From a virus (lineage: Duplodnaviria > Caudoviricetes): DNA of 64,000 nucleotides. The translations under genes were made by a program, and so were the position numbers. Below the pieces are notes generated by a model. The model made no database searches. It saw only the letters and a program-made list of their open reading frames with translations, and was not told the origin of the DNA. Location: the IMG/VR virus record IMGVR_UViG_3300047160_014545, positions 1-64,000 of that record; one strand, 5' to 3'. Shown here in pieces: positions 18,815-27,208 of this stretch (its first letter is position 1; each line of letters starts with the position of its first letter).

Positions 18815-20116
18815 TCAGGCTACTCCGCCTAGCATTGAGAAAAAATACAACGAACTTGGCCCGCGCGCCCCAGTGCTTCCCGTGTTTCCACCTAAACCCG
18901 TGGCCCCGGTCGGGCCGGTGACGCCTTGTCCACCAGCCGGGCCTGTAGCTCCAACACCTGGCGGGCCGGTTGGCCCAGTGGCACCCGTACCCGAAGCAGC
19001 TCCGGCGGCTCCTGTGGCCCCGGTCGGGCCTGTGCCAAGAGGCCCCGTAGGCCCCGTCGCACCAGTTCCTGAAGATGTCCCCGGAGCCCCGGTAGCACCT
19101 GTCGGGCCTACCCCAAAGGGACCTGTATTACCAGTCGGCCCCGTGGCTCCTAGCCCGGTCGGCCCGGTGGCTCCTACGCTGCCGCCAGCCCCCGTCGGCC
19201 CGGTGCTCCCGACCCCTGCCGCGCCGGCAGCGCCTGTAGGCCCCTGGGAGCCCGTAGGACCAGGGGAACCGGTACTGCCCGCTACCCCTGTAGCCCCCGT
19301 GCTTCCCGGCGCTCCAGCGGCTCCGGACGCGCCCACAGCGCCGGTCGGCCCGGTAACCCCTGGGCTGCCCGCAATCCCGGTCGCACCCGTAGATCCGACA
19401 CCCCCCGTAGGGCCTGTCGCACCCGTAGATCCGACACCCCCAGCCGAACCCGCACCCCCCGTCGGCCCGGTCGCCCCAACATCTCCGGTCGGACCGGTAC
19501 GCCCCGGATTTCCTGTGGCCCCCGCAGGACCGGTCAAGCCGATGCCGACAGCGCCTGTGGGACCCGTTGGTCCGCCTGAAGGGCCAGTAGGCCCGGCACT
19601 GCCCGTAGGCCCTGTAGAACCTATGGTTCCGCTAAAACCCGCCTGGCCGGTGGCGCCGGTCGGGCCTGTGGCACCAAGCCCCGTTGGCCCAGTCGGTCCG
19701 CCACGATCGCCGGTCGGCCCCGCCACCCCGGCTGAACCGGTGGGACCCGAGCTGCCGGTTGGTCCGGTAACTCCGATAATTCCCGGGAGATCCTCGGAGA
19801 GCAGCGAACTCCACACCAGAGCCAGAGGGCCGGCATGGATCGGCGCGCCGCCAAGCGAGGAATTTATCGAACCCCGCTCGATTGTCTGATTTACGGCATC
19901 ATATCTGCCGTGCCCGACCTCCCAATAAGTCCATTGCCCGTTGACGTAAGGACCATCAACCAGCGTGTAAGCCACAAGCTGCTGGTTGACGATCGGCGGG
20001 TTGACATCAGCAAACGATCTAAACCCGCGGAGTGCGGAGCCCAGCTGGATGATCCCAATGCCCGGTGCCGCGCGCACGGACATTTTGACCATGTCATAGG
20101 CGAGAACCGCAACCAT
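18815..20116 (-). CDS. Collagen-like fibre protein (fibre-anchor N-domain, about 100 Gly-X-Y triplets)
   Basis: N-terminal D.VK.....PG.G.I.LGSA..GF.SFA...V.Y...DG....WEVG.G.Y......R..SS pattern, then GPT/GAT repeats. Confidence 0.85.
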   Translation of the reverse strand: MVAVLAYDMVKMSVRAAPGIGIIQLGSALRGFRSFADVNPPIVNQQLVAYTLVDGPYVNGQWTYWEVGHGRYDAVNQTIERGSINSSLGGAPIHAGPLALVWSSLLSEDLPGIIGVTGPTGSSGPTGSAGVAGPTGDRGGPTGPTGLGATGPTGATGQAGFSGTIGSTGPTGSAGPTGPSGGPTGPTGAVGIGLTGPAGATGNPGRTGPTGDVGATGPTGGAGSAGGVGSTGATGPTGGVGSTGATGIAGSPGVTGPTGAVGASGAAGAPGSTGATGVAGSTGSPGPTGSQGPTGAAGAAGVGSTGPTGAGGSVGATGPTGLGATGPTGNTGPFGVGPTGATGAPGTSSGTGATGPTGPLGTGPTGATGAAGAASGTGATGPTGPPGVGATGPAGGQGVTGPTGATGLGGNTGSTGARGPSSLYFFSMLGGVA

Positions 20117-20119
20117 CTA

Positions 20120-20758
20120 TCAAGGATCGATAATATTCCCTGCGGCCTCGATAACCGTGCGTACCGGGTAATTACGGGTGATGATGCGGTTGAACAGATA
20201 AGTGCGATCGACGCGCTTGAGCCAGCGTCGATTGATTAGTTCGGGCGCCCACACTGGATTGCCGACTTCGACCAAGCCAAAGCCGCCGAGCTGCAGAGCT
20301 TCCCGGTTTTGAGCGATGGCCAAGCCATCGCGCAGAATGCCGTCGCTCCAGCCGGCATGCGGGCCATAACTGGTCACCAGCAAATCCATTTGCTCGTGCT
20401 GCAGCATACGGTATTGCACACCATCTTGAGTCGTCTGGTCGGGCTCAAACCCTTCCCACGAGAAACCGGGATTGAGTCTACTGTTGGTGATGCCGATCGC
20501 TACCCAATCAACATCGAGCTCGGGCAGCGGCACCGGTTCGGGTTGCCAGCGCGGCCGCACGAGCTCCACCGGTAGATGGAGGACCCCGGCAACCAATTGT
20601 TGAAAGAAATTGTCGAGTATGTCGCCATCGAGCGGCTGGGCTCTGACCCAATAGGATGGGTCGGTGCCCATCTCGAAGGTCCATCGGTAAATGCCTGGCC
20701 CCGGAAGAAGCGGGCCAGGAACGGCGCTATCAAGCGCCGTTGGCAGCGTATCGGTCAT
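20120..20758 (-). CDS. Neck/tail terminator protein
   Basis: L.GDILDNFFQQLVAGV..LP..LVRPRWQPEP...P....DW.A.GI...QHE...LL.T.YGP.A....LRDGL.I.QNRE.L. Confidence 0.7.
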   Translation of the reverse strand: MTDTLPTALDSAVPGPLLPGPGIYRWTFEMGTDPSYWVRAQPLDGDILDNFFQQLVAGVLHLPVELVRPRWQPEPVPLPELDVDWVAIGITNSRLNPGFSWEGFEPDQTTQDGVQYRMLQHEQMDLLVTSYGPHAGWSDGILRDGLAIAQNREALQLGGFGLVEVGNPVWAPELINRRWLKRVDRTYLFNRIITRNYPVRTVIEAAGNIIDP

Positions 20759-21059
20759 GTACCATCGATGATGCTATGGCCTGATCGTAAACCGCCAAAC
20801 ATTCTTTCTTGCTTCGGCCTGGGGTATCGTTAAACGCAGGAACCGAGTTCCATTCGCCAAACCCGACATCGGCAATGGCTCGCAACAGAACTCCCGGATC
20901 CCCGCCTGCACCAATCATGCAAACGGCCTCCCGGCATTCTCCTGGCCAAAACCATTTTCGCGTTAGGCAGGAATTTTGGCACCATCCGGCTTCTAACCGG
21001 GTACGTCCGGCTATGAGTTGTCGCGTGACCTGTGAGACTTCGCTCGCATCAAATGGCAT
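20730..21059 (-). CDS. Hypothetical phage protein (DUF6197-like)
   Basis: L..GR..LE.GWCQ....G.C.....C..GA....FND.PGRSK.E.LA.YD.AI. Confidence 0.45.
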   Translation of the reverse strand: MPFDASEVSQVTRQLIAGRTRLEAGWCQNSCLTRKWFWPGECREAVCMIGAGGDPGVLLRAIADVGFGEWNSVPAFNDTPGRSKKECLAVYDQAIASSMVHDRYAANGA

Positions 21060-21071
21060 AAGGTTCTTCCT

Positions 21072-21407
21072 TTACCCACAAAGCATGGTCGTCGAAAGCA
21101 TCAACCGTCGGCCGTCGCTGAGATTGGCGAATGCGGTATGCAGATAAATCGCGCCGAGCGCACTGTCAGGCAGCCCTCCAATGAGGGCGGTCACATAAGC
21201 GCCGCGGCGCGGATAGAGACAATTGTCGAGCGGAGAGCGCAGATCGATCGAGCGCTCAATGGTAACCCCCAGCACATGCGATTGCGGGGAGGGATCCAAG
21301 CCCACACCAGATTGCAGACTCAGCGTCCAGCTCGCACCCACAATATCGGCAGCACCAGCGTCGAAAGCGAAGTTGAACGATAATCTGTCGGTTTCGCCCG
21401 GCGCCAT
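21072..21407 (-). CDS. Small virion protein (fibre-tail adaptor-like)
   Basis: PGE.D..SF.F...I..A.W......G.DP.P.SH pattern in the neck region. Confidence 0.5.
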   Translation of the reverse strand: MAPGETDRLSFNFAFDAGAADIVGASWTLSLQSGVGLDPSPQSHVLGVTIERSIDLRSPLDNCLYPRRGAYVTALIGGLPDSALGAIYLHTAFANLSDGRRLMLSTTMLCG

Positions 21408-21435
21408 CGGGTCGAACGGATTTACTGTGCGAATG

Positions 21436-22203
21436 TCAGACGATCCTGATCCGGCCCTGGCTTTCGCACAGCCGCCCCTCGCTCACTTCCAGCGCCTGCG
21501 TTGACGCAGGGTAGAGCGTCAGCAAGCCGCCTGCCGGCAGCGTAACATCGATATTATTTTGCGCCAACACCTTGAACCGCTGAGTAGTAAAATCGATCGG
21601 CACTCCGGCCGCCCATATCTGCTCGCCGCTCATGTAGGTGCGCAAAGCAAACATCAGCTGAAAGTCAGCGGGCCGCGCCGGTGGCCGAACAAAAGCCAAA
21701 CGCGCGCCGATATCGTCGGCGAGTGCGGCTTGCGACATCTGCACGGTCGAGGCCATCGGCGCCGAGGCGACATAGGTTCCGACCGGAATATTTAGTGGCT
21801 GCGCCAAATCAAAAACATAGGCTGAGCGGGAATTGCTCGAGCTGTCAAACCAGATGCCATCGGTTGGCACGACATTGGTCAGATTGAGCGAGACGCCGCC
21901 AACATCGCCGGTCGCCTGGCCATATTCAAATTTTTGCCCATCGCTTGTTGGAAGTAACCAGACATCTATGGTCGGTGTGCCCACTAATGTACTGGTTAGT
22001 GCACCACCCAATGTGTAGACCAGCAAACCCCGACCAAATTGAGCGCTAAACAGGCCACCTGCTCCGCTGGCGCTCGACAGCGCCAAACCGTTTGGCGGCA
22101 GCCCGTCCATCTCGGTCGTCAGCAGAGTGAGTGGGGTTGGCGGCAGGCAATCGGAGCGATCGACCGACTGCCAGCAGCAATTCAGCGGATCCCAGAACGC
22201 CAT
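21436..22203 (-). CDS. Putative virion accessory protein (paralog of 13738..14484)
   Basis: IDVWLLPTSDGQKFE...RPPARPADFQL...RFKVLAQNN.DVTLP. Confidence 0.55.
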   Translation of the reverse strand: MAFWDPLNCCWQSVDRSDCLPPTPLTLLTTEMDGLPPNGLALSSASGAGGLFSAQFGRGLLVYTLGGALTSTLVGTPTIDVWLLPTSDGQKFEYGQATGDVGGVSLNLTNVVPTDGIWFDSSSNSRSAYVFDLAQPLNIPVGTYVASAPMASTVQMSQAALADDIGARLAFVRPPARPADFQLMFALRTYMSGEQIWAAGVPIDFTTQRFKVLAQNNIDVTLPAGGLLTLYPASTQALEVSEGRLCESQGRIRIV

Positions 22204-22204
22204 A

Positions 22205-22468
22205 TTATTTAGATGCTCTCTGACAATTCAACACTGCACGTTTCACCGTATCCAGTGCTTCCGTCACGTCTTGTTCCCGCCAAGGTCTATCCTCCAGAAC
22301 CGCCGCCAACTCGCATAGCGACAGACCCCCGCGAGAAGCTAATACCTCCAATGTTTGACGATGGTTCTTGACCGCTTGCGCTTCGTGAGGCTCGACAATT
22401 TGCCACTCAACACCCAGAAGATAATTTCTGTGTATCGAATGAATCGGAAAGAGCCGTTCGCTCATCAA
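22205..22468 (-). CDS. Hypothetical phage protein
   Basis: W...EPHEAQA..NH.QTL..LA.RGGLS.CEL.AVLEDR.W motif; coupled to the upstream gene. Confidence 0.5.
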   Translation of the reverse strand: MMSERLFPIHSIHRNYLLGVEWQIVEPHEAQAVKNHRQTLEVLASRGGLSLCELAAVLEDRPWREQDVTEALDTVKRAVLNCQRASK

Positions 22469-22860
22469 TAGCTTTCCTGCTCCGGCACAGGCGTCCGCGC
22501 CTCGATACGCTCGGCGCCAGCCAGGATGAATCCGCCGCTAAAGCCGGTCAGGTCATTGTTGGTGGTCACGACATAAACTTCGTCGTGCCAGATTACTTGA
22601 TCCGGCTGCCTTCCTGGCCTTGGCCCTTGCAGTCGGAACCGGGTGGCGATGTTGATGGCGTTGGGCTGATATTCGGTATCCGGAACCCGCATCAAATCGC
22701 TGGGATTGCTGGCGGTAATGATGCCCGATGTCTTGATGGTTTCGACGACAAAGGGCTGGGAGCGGCCATACTGGTCGACATGAGCCGAGCGGCGCTGCAC
22801 CAGAAAGAAATCGACGAGATTGGAGTCGCTAAAGAGCGGCGAGAAATCAGCGTCGGGCAT
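22465..22860 (-). CDS. Head-tail adaptor/head closure protein
   Basis: MP..D.S.LF.D....D.F.V.RR...VD.YGR...V....P.DL.R.PD....I.I.TRF.L.G...G.QPD.V.W. Confidence 0.7.
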   Translation of the reverse strand: MPDADFSPLFSDSNLVDFFLVQRRSAHVDQYGRSQPFVVETIKTSGIITASNPSDLMRVPDTEYQPNAINIATRFRLQGPRPGRQPDQVIWHDEVYVVTTNNDLTGFSGGFILAGAERIEARTPVPEQESY

Positions 22861-22869
22861 GCGATATCA

Positions 22870-23139
22870 TTATTTGTGGCCCGGCCGAGCTCGATTATCC
22901 GACATCGACTTCCAACGGACGCCAGCATCAAATGCTGCTCGTAGTTTTTTCAATTCAGTTTCGGCTACGGCCTCGAATATCTCACGATCGAAGAGTCGAC
23001 CAATTTTTGCTTTGGTGAAGCCCCTTGCTGCCGCTTCCAAAACGGCCAACTCCGCCAGTTTGTCGATGATACGGCGATCAGCTTCATCCATATTCTTTTC
23101 GAACTGCTCGGTCAGAGGATCTTTCTTTTCTGCGATCAT
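22870..23139 (-). CDS. Hypothetical protein
   Basis: 89-aa ORF in the neck cluster, ATGA-coupled to the upstream gene. Confidence 0.45.
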   Translation of the reverse strand: MIAEKKDPLTEQFEKNMDEADRRIIDKLAELAVLEAAARGFTKAKIGRLFDREIFEAVAETELKKLRAAFDAGVRWKSMSDNRARPGHK

Positions 23140-23678
23140 CGCACCCGCACTTTCCTAATCACATAAGCATAGGCGGCGCGAAGTTGACCGCTGTCAAGCA
23201 GCGGTTTGATGGCGGTAAACCCCGGTGCCACCTTGCCGCCGGATTTGGCCAGTTTGCGCATGCGGGCGCGAACAGTCGCGGGTGCCAACGGCGCGAATTG
23301 TCCGGTGGTGATTTCCTGGCGCACCGCATTCTGTCCGAGCAAACCTACCGCATGCAGATTTTGCATCATGCCTTGCTGATTGCCTTTTGACGCAAACGTA
23401 GCGGCTCGCCTCAGAAACGCCACCATGCGCGGCAGCGCTTTCTCCACACCCGGTACCAGATGCGGGCGCGCCGGTATATTCTGAGCCGGCGAACCGGTGT
23501 TGTGAATATAGGCCAAGAGCGCATTTGTCGGTCCGTCATTGCGCTGATTAGAACCCGGGCTGGCTCCTTCCGGATGGTCAGCGGGAACGCCAATCATCAC
23601 CCGCAAACCCGCGAGATCGTTTATTGCTTTGACGAATTTCGCAACGTCATCTTTGACAACAATAACCGGGTCAGCCAT
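23136..23678 (-). CDS. Neck/virion morphogenesis protein
   Basis: V.IGVP......R.DG.TNA.LAYIHN.GSPA.NIPARP.L.PG...F.PLAPATV.AR...KPLLD.GQLR.A..YV. Confidence 0.72.
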   Translation of the reverse strand: MADPVIVVKDDVAKFVKAINDLAGLRVMIGVPADHPEGASPGSNQRNDGPTNALLAYIHNTGSPAQNIPARPHLVPGVEKALPRMVAFLRRAATFASKGNQQGMMQNLHAVGLLGQNAVRQEITTGQFAPLAPATVRARMRKLAKSGGKVAPGFTAIKPLLDSGQLRAAYAYVIRKVRVR

Positions 23679-23682
23679 TTAA

Positions 23683-24249
23683 TTACATATTATTCCAGGC
23701 TGGCACCCATACCGGCGGGCCTGGCCAGCCTTCGCCCGAAGTGGGTCCATGCGTCGGCGAAGTACATCCCGGCGGCGGGATCAGTGGGCGCGGGAACCCG
23801 ATGCCAACCTGGATCGGGATCGCACCCACCATATTCGCCAGCCAGATAAAGCGGGTGCCATAAGTCGTCAGGTTCCAATGCCCCGCATCGGTCACGATCC
23901 CAGCCTGAGTATCGTAGGAGACGCTGGCACCGTTGACACCATTCGCCTGCACAATTCCGGTGGCAGTTCCAGGAATGCCGCCGAGCGCCCCTTGCTGCCG
24001 GGCGCGCATCTCGAGCGCCAGATTATGCGCGACGAAAAGCTCCATGCCGATGTCGCGCATCGAGCGCGGCGGGCACATGCGGCTTTTCTTGGTTGACCAG
24101 AAACAAGTCAACAGCAAATCGGCTACCATCAGCCAATATTGAACGACATTATCGGGATTGCGCTGCTGGTCATCGAATTCCGGATAATCGGCGCGGAATT
24201 CAGCGAGAGTTACCGGGCAATCGCAGCCGCATTGAGGAAGCGGCACCAT
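23683..24249 (-). CDS. Head-tail connector (DUF4054-like)
   Basis: FR.DYPEF.D...P...V..WL..A...G.ELFVAHNL...SVSYD...AGHWNLTTYGTRF. Confidence 0.85.
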   Translation of the reverse strand: MVPLPQCGCDCPVTLAEFRADYPEFDDQQRNPDNVVQYWLMVADLLLTCFWSTKKSRMCPPRSMRDIGMELFVAHNLALEMRARQQGALGGIPGTATGIVQANGVNGASVSYDTQAGIVTDAGHWNLTTYGTRFIWLANMVGAIPIQVGIGFPRPLIPPPGCTSPTHGPTSGEGWPGPPVWVPAWNNM

Positions 24250-24333
24250 TCAGAGGCCTTTCTGAAAGAACACCACAGCAATCGCAACCAAGAACGTGAT
24301 GCTCGTTCCCAAATAGCCGATGGCCAATCTCAT
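24250..24333 (-). CDS. 27-aa single-pass membrane micro-protein MRLAIGYLGTSITFLVAIAVVFFQKGL
   Basis: ATGA overlap with the upstream stop; its TGA is immediately followed by the ATG of the connector gene; hydrophobic core of about 20 aa. Confidence 0.55.
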   Translation of the reverse strand: MRLAIGYLGTSITFLVAIAVVFFQKGL

Positions 24334-24638
24334 GGCAGAGAGGCTATCCCACGCGGCAGAAAAGGGTCAAGACCCGCACCTTGCTCGGTCGCATCAGAGA
24401 AGCGCCCGCTGGGTGCTTCGACAATCGGCACATCTTCTGGGGTTTTGGATGCGCGCGGCATCGCATGCCGGGCGTAATGCTCGTCTTTTTCGACATCAGC
24501 CAGAATCCCAGCTGCTGCTAATTCGAGCACCATCGCGTGTGCTCGCAATTCTGCTGTTTCCCTATCCACACCCCAAAGACGCTCCAAGCGCTGAATCACG
24601 CCTACCGCCGGATGAAAAACGCCTGGCCAGAAACTCAT
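24330..24638 (-). CDS. Hypothetical protein
   Basis: 102-aa ORF, ATGA-coupled at both ends. Confidence 0.45.
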   Translation of the reverse strand: MSFWPGVFHPAVGVIQRLERLWGVDRETAELRAHAMVLELAAAGILADVEKDEHYARHAMPRASKTPEDVPIVEAPSGRFSDATEQGAGLDPFLPRGIASLP

Positions 24639-24970
24639 ACCGGCCTCACCTTTTGCACATCCGGTTGCAGCGGAACGCTTTGCTTTTGTCGCCAGTATTC
24701 CTCGTTGCGCCGCTGAAGCTCGGCCAGGGTGAGTTCGGGATCGACCTGGGTGTATTCGGCATCGGTCGTGCCGCTCGTTCCCTGAGTGCGGTATTGCGGC
24801 ACCTCACCAGCCGGATCAGCACCACCGTAGCGGTATTCGCTCGGTTCATCATGAACACCGGTAATGGTGCCTTTGTTGGCACTGGCGTAGAACACTCGCT
24901 CTCCTTTCTCCGGACCATATTCCTTTTCCATGGCCTGTTTAATCTCTGAGCCCTTCTCCGTGAGCGGCAT
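24635..24970 (-). CDS. Conserved small head-associated protein
   Basis: MPLT.KG.EI..AM.KEYG.EKGE.VFYAS.NKGTITGV.D pattern typical of DUF2213-type phages. Confidence 0.7.
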   Translation of the reverse strand: MPLTEKGSEIKQAMEKEYGPEKGERVFYASANKGTITGVHDEPSEYRYGGADPAGEVPQYRTQGTSGTTDAEYTQVDPELTLAELQRRNEEYWRQKQSVPLQPDVQKVRPV

Positions 24971-24985
24971 CTCTCTAACTCCCCG

Positions 24986-25435
24986 CTAGCGGCGGCCCCG
25001 GTCGGGTTGCGACGACCTAGAACCGTTGCGCACGTCTTCGGGCCTGGCCCCCGGAACTGGCTGCGGCTCCACCTTCTCGGGGGCCTCGGGTGTGCGCGGC
25101 GGAGCAACCGATTTCTCCGGCTCTGGGGTTGCTGCCGCCGGCCGGTTCACCGCTTCCGCTCCGGCCGCCTTCACATACCAATGGTCGGCCAGGCTTGCCG
25201 GGACGTCATATGTGCCGGCCCGCAACAGCACTCTGTCCCCACCAACCATTCCCTTGGTTTTATCAGTCGGATCAAGCGTGACCAGAATATTGGCAGGGAT
25301 GCGCAACCGCACCATCCCTTCGCCTTCCTTGGGTTGCAAATCGCCCGCCTCGATCGGCATGGCGACAGCCCCGCCGGGACCGACCGGCGTGAACGGGTCG
25401 ACCTGTGGTGTCGCAGCTACACGGTCATCCGACAT
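24986..25435 (-). CDS. Phage-associated protein downstream of the capsid gene (STY1053-like core, Pro-rich tail)
   Basis: AGTYDVP..LADHWYVKA core; AAGGAGG RBS. Confidence 0.55.
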   Translation of the reverse strand: MSDDRVAATPQVDPFTPVGPGGAVAMPIEAGDLQPKEGEGMVRLRIPANILVTLDPTDKTKGMVGGDRVLLRAGTYDVPASLADHWYVKAAGAEAVNRPAAATPEPEKSVAPPRTPEAPEKVEPQPVPGARPEDVRNGSRSSQPDRGRR

Positions 25436-25456
25436 GGCAAGAATCCTCCTTGGTCC

Positions 25457-25501
25457 ACAAAACGCCGCAGGTTTATCCGGGTTCCGAAGCCGACCTGCGG
25501 C
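25457..25501 (-). terminator. Putative Rho-independent terminator after the major capsid gene
   Basis: 9-bp inverted repeat GCCGCAGGT/ACCTGCGGC followed by GTTTTGT on the minus strand, 24 nt past the capsid stop. Confidence 0.55.
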
Positions 25502-25524
25502 AGCAACAGCAGGAGGACACTACC

Positions 25525-26598
25525 TCAAATGCCGTCGGAGTAGCTGATTGTTTCCGGATACACCACCTCGACCACGCCGAGCCGCCCGAAATAGGTCGAT
25601 TTGTGGTAGATGCCGTCATACTGCACCGGGGTGCGTTGGAGCAGCGTCATCGGGTAGCGCAACCGATTCTCGTCATTGGTATAAGTCACCATGCGGTCGA
25701 CGGTCCCGGTGGTGCCGATGGTGCCGCCCGAACCTGCGCCGATCAGCCATTTCACCGGCAGAATGTCGAGCGTGCCCAAACCCGAAGCGGTCAGGACGTT
25801 GAACTGCTTCAGATAGGCCAGGACCGACATATTGCCGGCGGCGCTGACGATGCGGATCGAGATGTCGCCAAACTGATTGGGCGGGATCAGAATGCGATTT
25901 GGCATCACCGCCCAGGCGCTGTTGGCCCAAGTCAACATGATCGCATTGTTGACGTCGCTTAGGATCTCCTGCGGGGTCTTGGTCGCCCATTGCGGAGTGC
26001 CGCCACCTCCAGTGACAACATTGGTCGGGGTCACCCGGCTGGAATTGGTCATGCCGGTATCGCCGGTGCTGGTGTCACCAAAATAGACCTGCTCGTCGAC
26101 ATCCATTTGGTGCTTCATCTGCAGCGCTTCGAATTTCTGCTGGTCGATTGGCCGACCAACTTTCGCTGCGCTCTCCAGCTCGAGGATGGAATATTTCAAT
26201 TCCAGTTCCCATGGCCGCAACGGCTGGGTGATCTTGGCGATGTCGACCGACACATTGCTGATTTGCGTCGTCGTCTTGCCGCCCCAAGCCTTGCCGGTGC
26301 CGATGCCGTTGCCAGTGCCCAATGCGCCCGCAGAAGCAAAGGTGCTAAGGGTAAAACTCGACACTTCGTCGGCAATGGTCACGTCATTGCGCAATTTGAT
26401 GTCGCGTGACCAAGTGATGCTGACCAATGGCCGGTGCAGGGTTTGATCAAGCCGCTCGAGCTCACCCACTAGGAAAGCACCGGAACTGTCGACCACATTG
26501 CCGTCATGGGTGGTGTAGGGCTGCGGAAATTTTTGCCCTATTTGGTTGCCGGCGCCATCGGTCGTGAATGCCGCCGATGTGTCATACGTCATATACAT
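25525..26598 (-). CDS. Major capsid protein (DUF2184/encapsulin-like, HK97 fold)
   Basis: GAFLVGELERLDQTLH.PL.S.TWSRDI.LR.DV.IADEVSSFT...ELESAAKVGRPIDQQK...K..MD.DEQVY.GD...YFG.LG.VE.VYPET..Y.DGI. Confidence 0.92.
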   Translation of the reverse strand: MYMTYDTSAAFTTDGAGNQIGQKFPQPYTTHDGNVVDSSGAFLVGELERLDQTLHRPLVSITWSRDIKLRNDVTIADEVSSFTLSTFASAGALGTGNGIGTGKAWGGKTTTQISNVSVDIAKITQPLRPWELELKYSILELESAAKVGRPIDQQKFEALQMKHQMDVDEQVYFGDTSTGDTGMTNSSRVTPTNVVTGGGGTPQWATKTPQEILSDVNNAIMLTWANSAWAVMPNRILIPPNQFGDISIRIVSAAGNMSVLAYLKQFNVLTASGLGTLDILPVKWLIGAGSGGTIGTTGTVDRMVTYTNDENRLRYPMTLLQRTPVQYDGIYHKSTYFGRLGVVEVVYPETISYSDGI

Positions 26599-26639
26599 AG
26601 TATTATTCCTTCTCCCCTGTAACGCGCGTGCCGCAGCGG

Positions 26640-27179
26640 CTAGTAATTCGTGTCAATGCTGATCTCCCCAATGCCATTGGGGTCGGGCGGGCCATTGAAG
26701 CGGCAATTAGTCAGCGCCACTGTGCTGCCGCCGGTGGCGCTGGCCTCGAAGCCGCCCTGCACATGATCAGTGCCAAAGACACCACCGCCGGTGCTCGCTG
26801 CGATCCACAGATTCACGGCGCCGAATTTTGTCGGCTGGCCGAATATCGGCACCAAGATGTAGCCTTTTTTGACGACGTCGATTTCGCCAGCCGGCGGCAG
26901 CACTGCGGCACCAAAGGCGATGGCGCCAAAATTCACCGCACTGACCTGCTGAATCGGGAAGGGCCGCGCGGCAATGCCATCGATTGTGGTGACGCCAGTG
27001 TCGCTGGAGAGCACACCGCGATAGGAATTATTGGCGGTGACACCAATAACCGCCTGACCAAAGAACTGCACCGGATTGGTCGTATCGTTTTTACCGGGCT
27101 CGATTGAGACCGGGTGCGAGCGATTGACGTCTCCGGCAAACCCGGCATTCATCCGGAACGGGAAAGCCATGTATGGCAT
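26640..27179 (-). CDS. Head decoration/cement protein
   Basis: AFPFRM.AGFAGDV.R.HP..IEP...V.K.GY..V...A.K.G.V..W...GGFE; immediately upstream of the capsid gene. Confidence 0.8.
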   Translation of the reverse strand: MPYMAFPFRMNAGFAGDVNRSHPVSIEPGKNDTTNPVQFFGQAVIGVTANNSYRGVLSSDTGVTTIDGIAARPFPIQQVSAVNFGAIAFGAAVLPPAGEIDVVKKGYILVPIFGQPTKFGAVNLWIAASTGGGVFGTDHVQGGFEASATGGSTVALTNCRFNGPPDPNGIGEISIDTNY

Positions 27180-27208
27180 TACGATTTACTCCTTTATTGC
27201 AATCGCTC

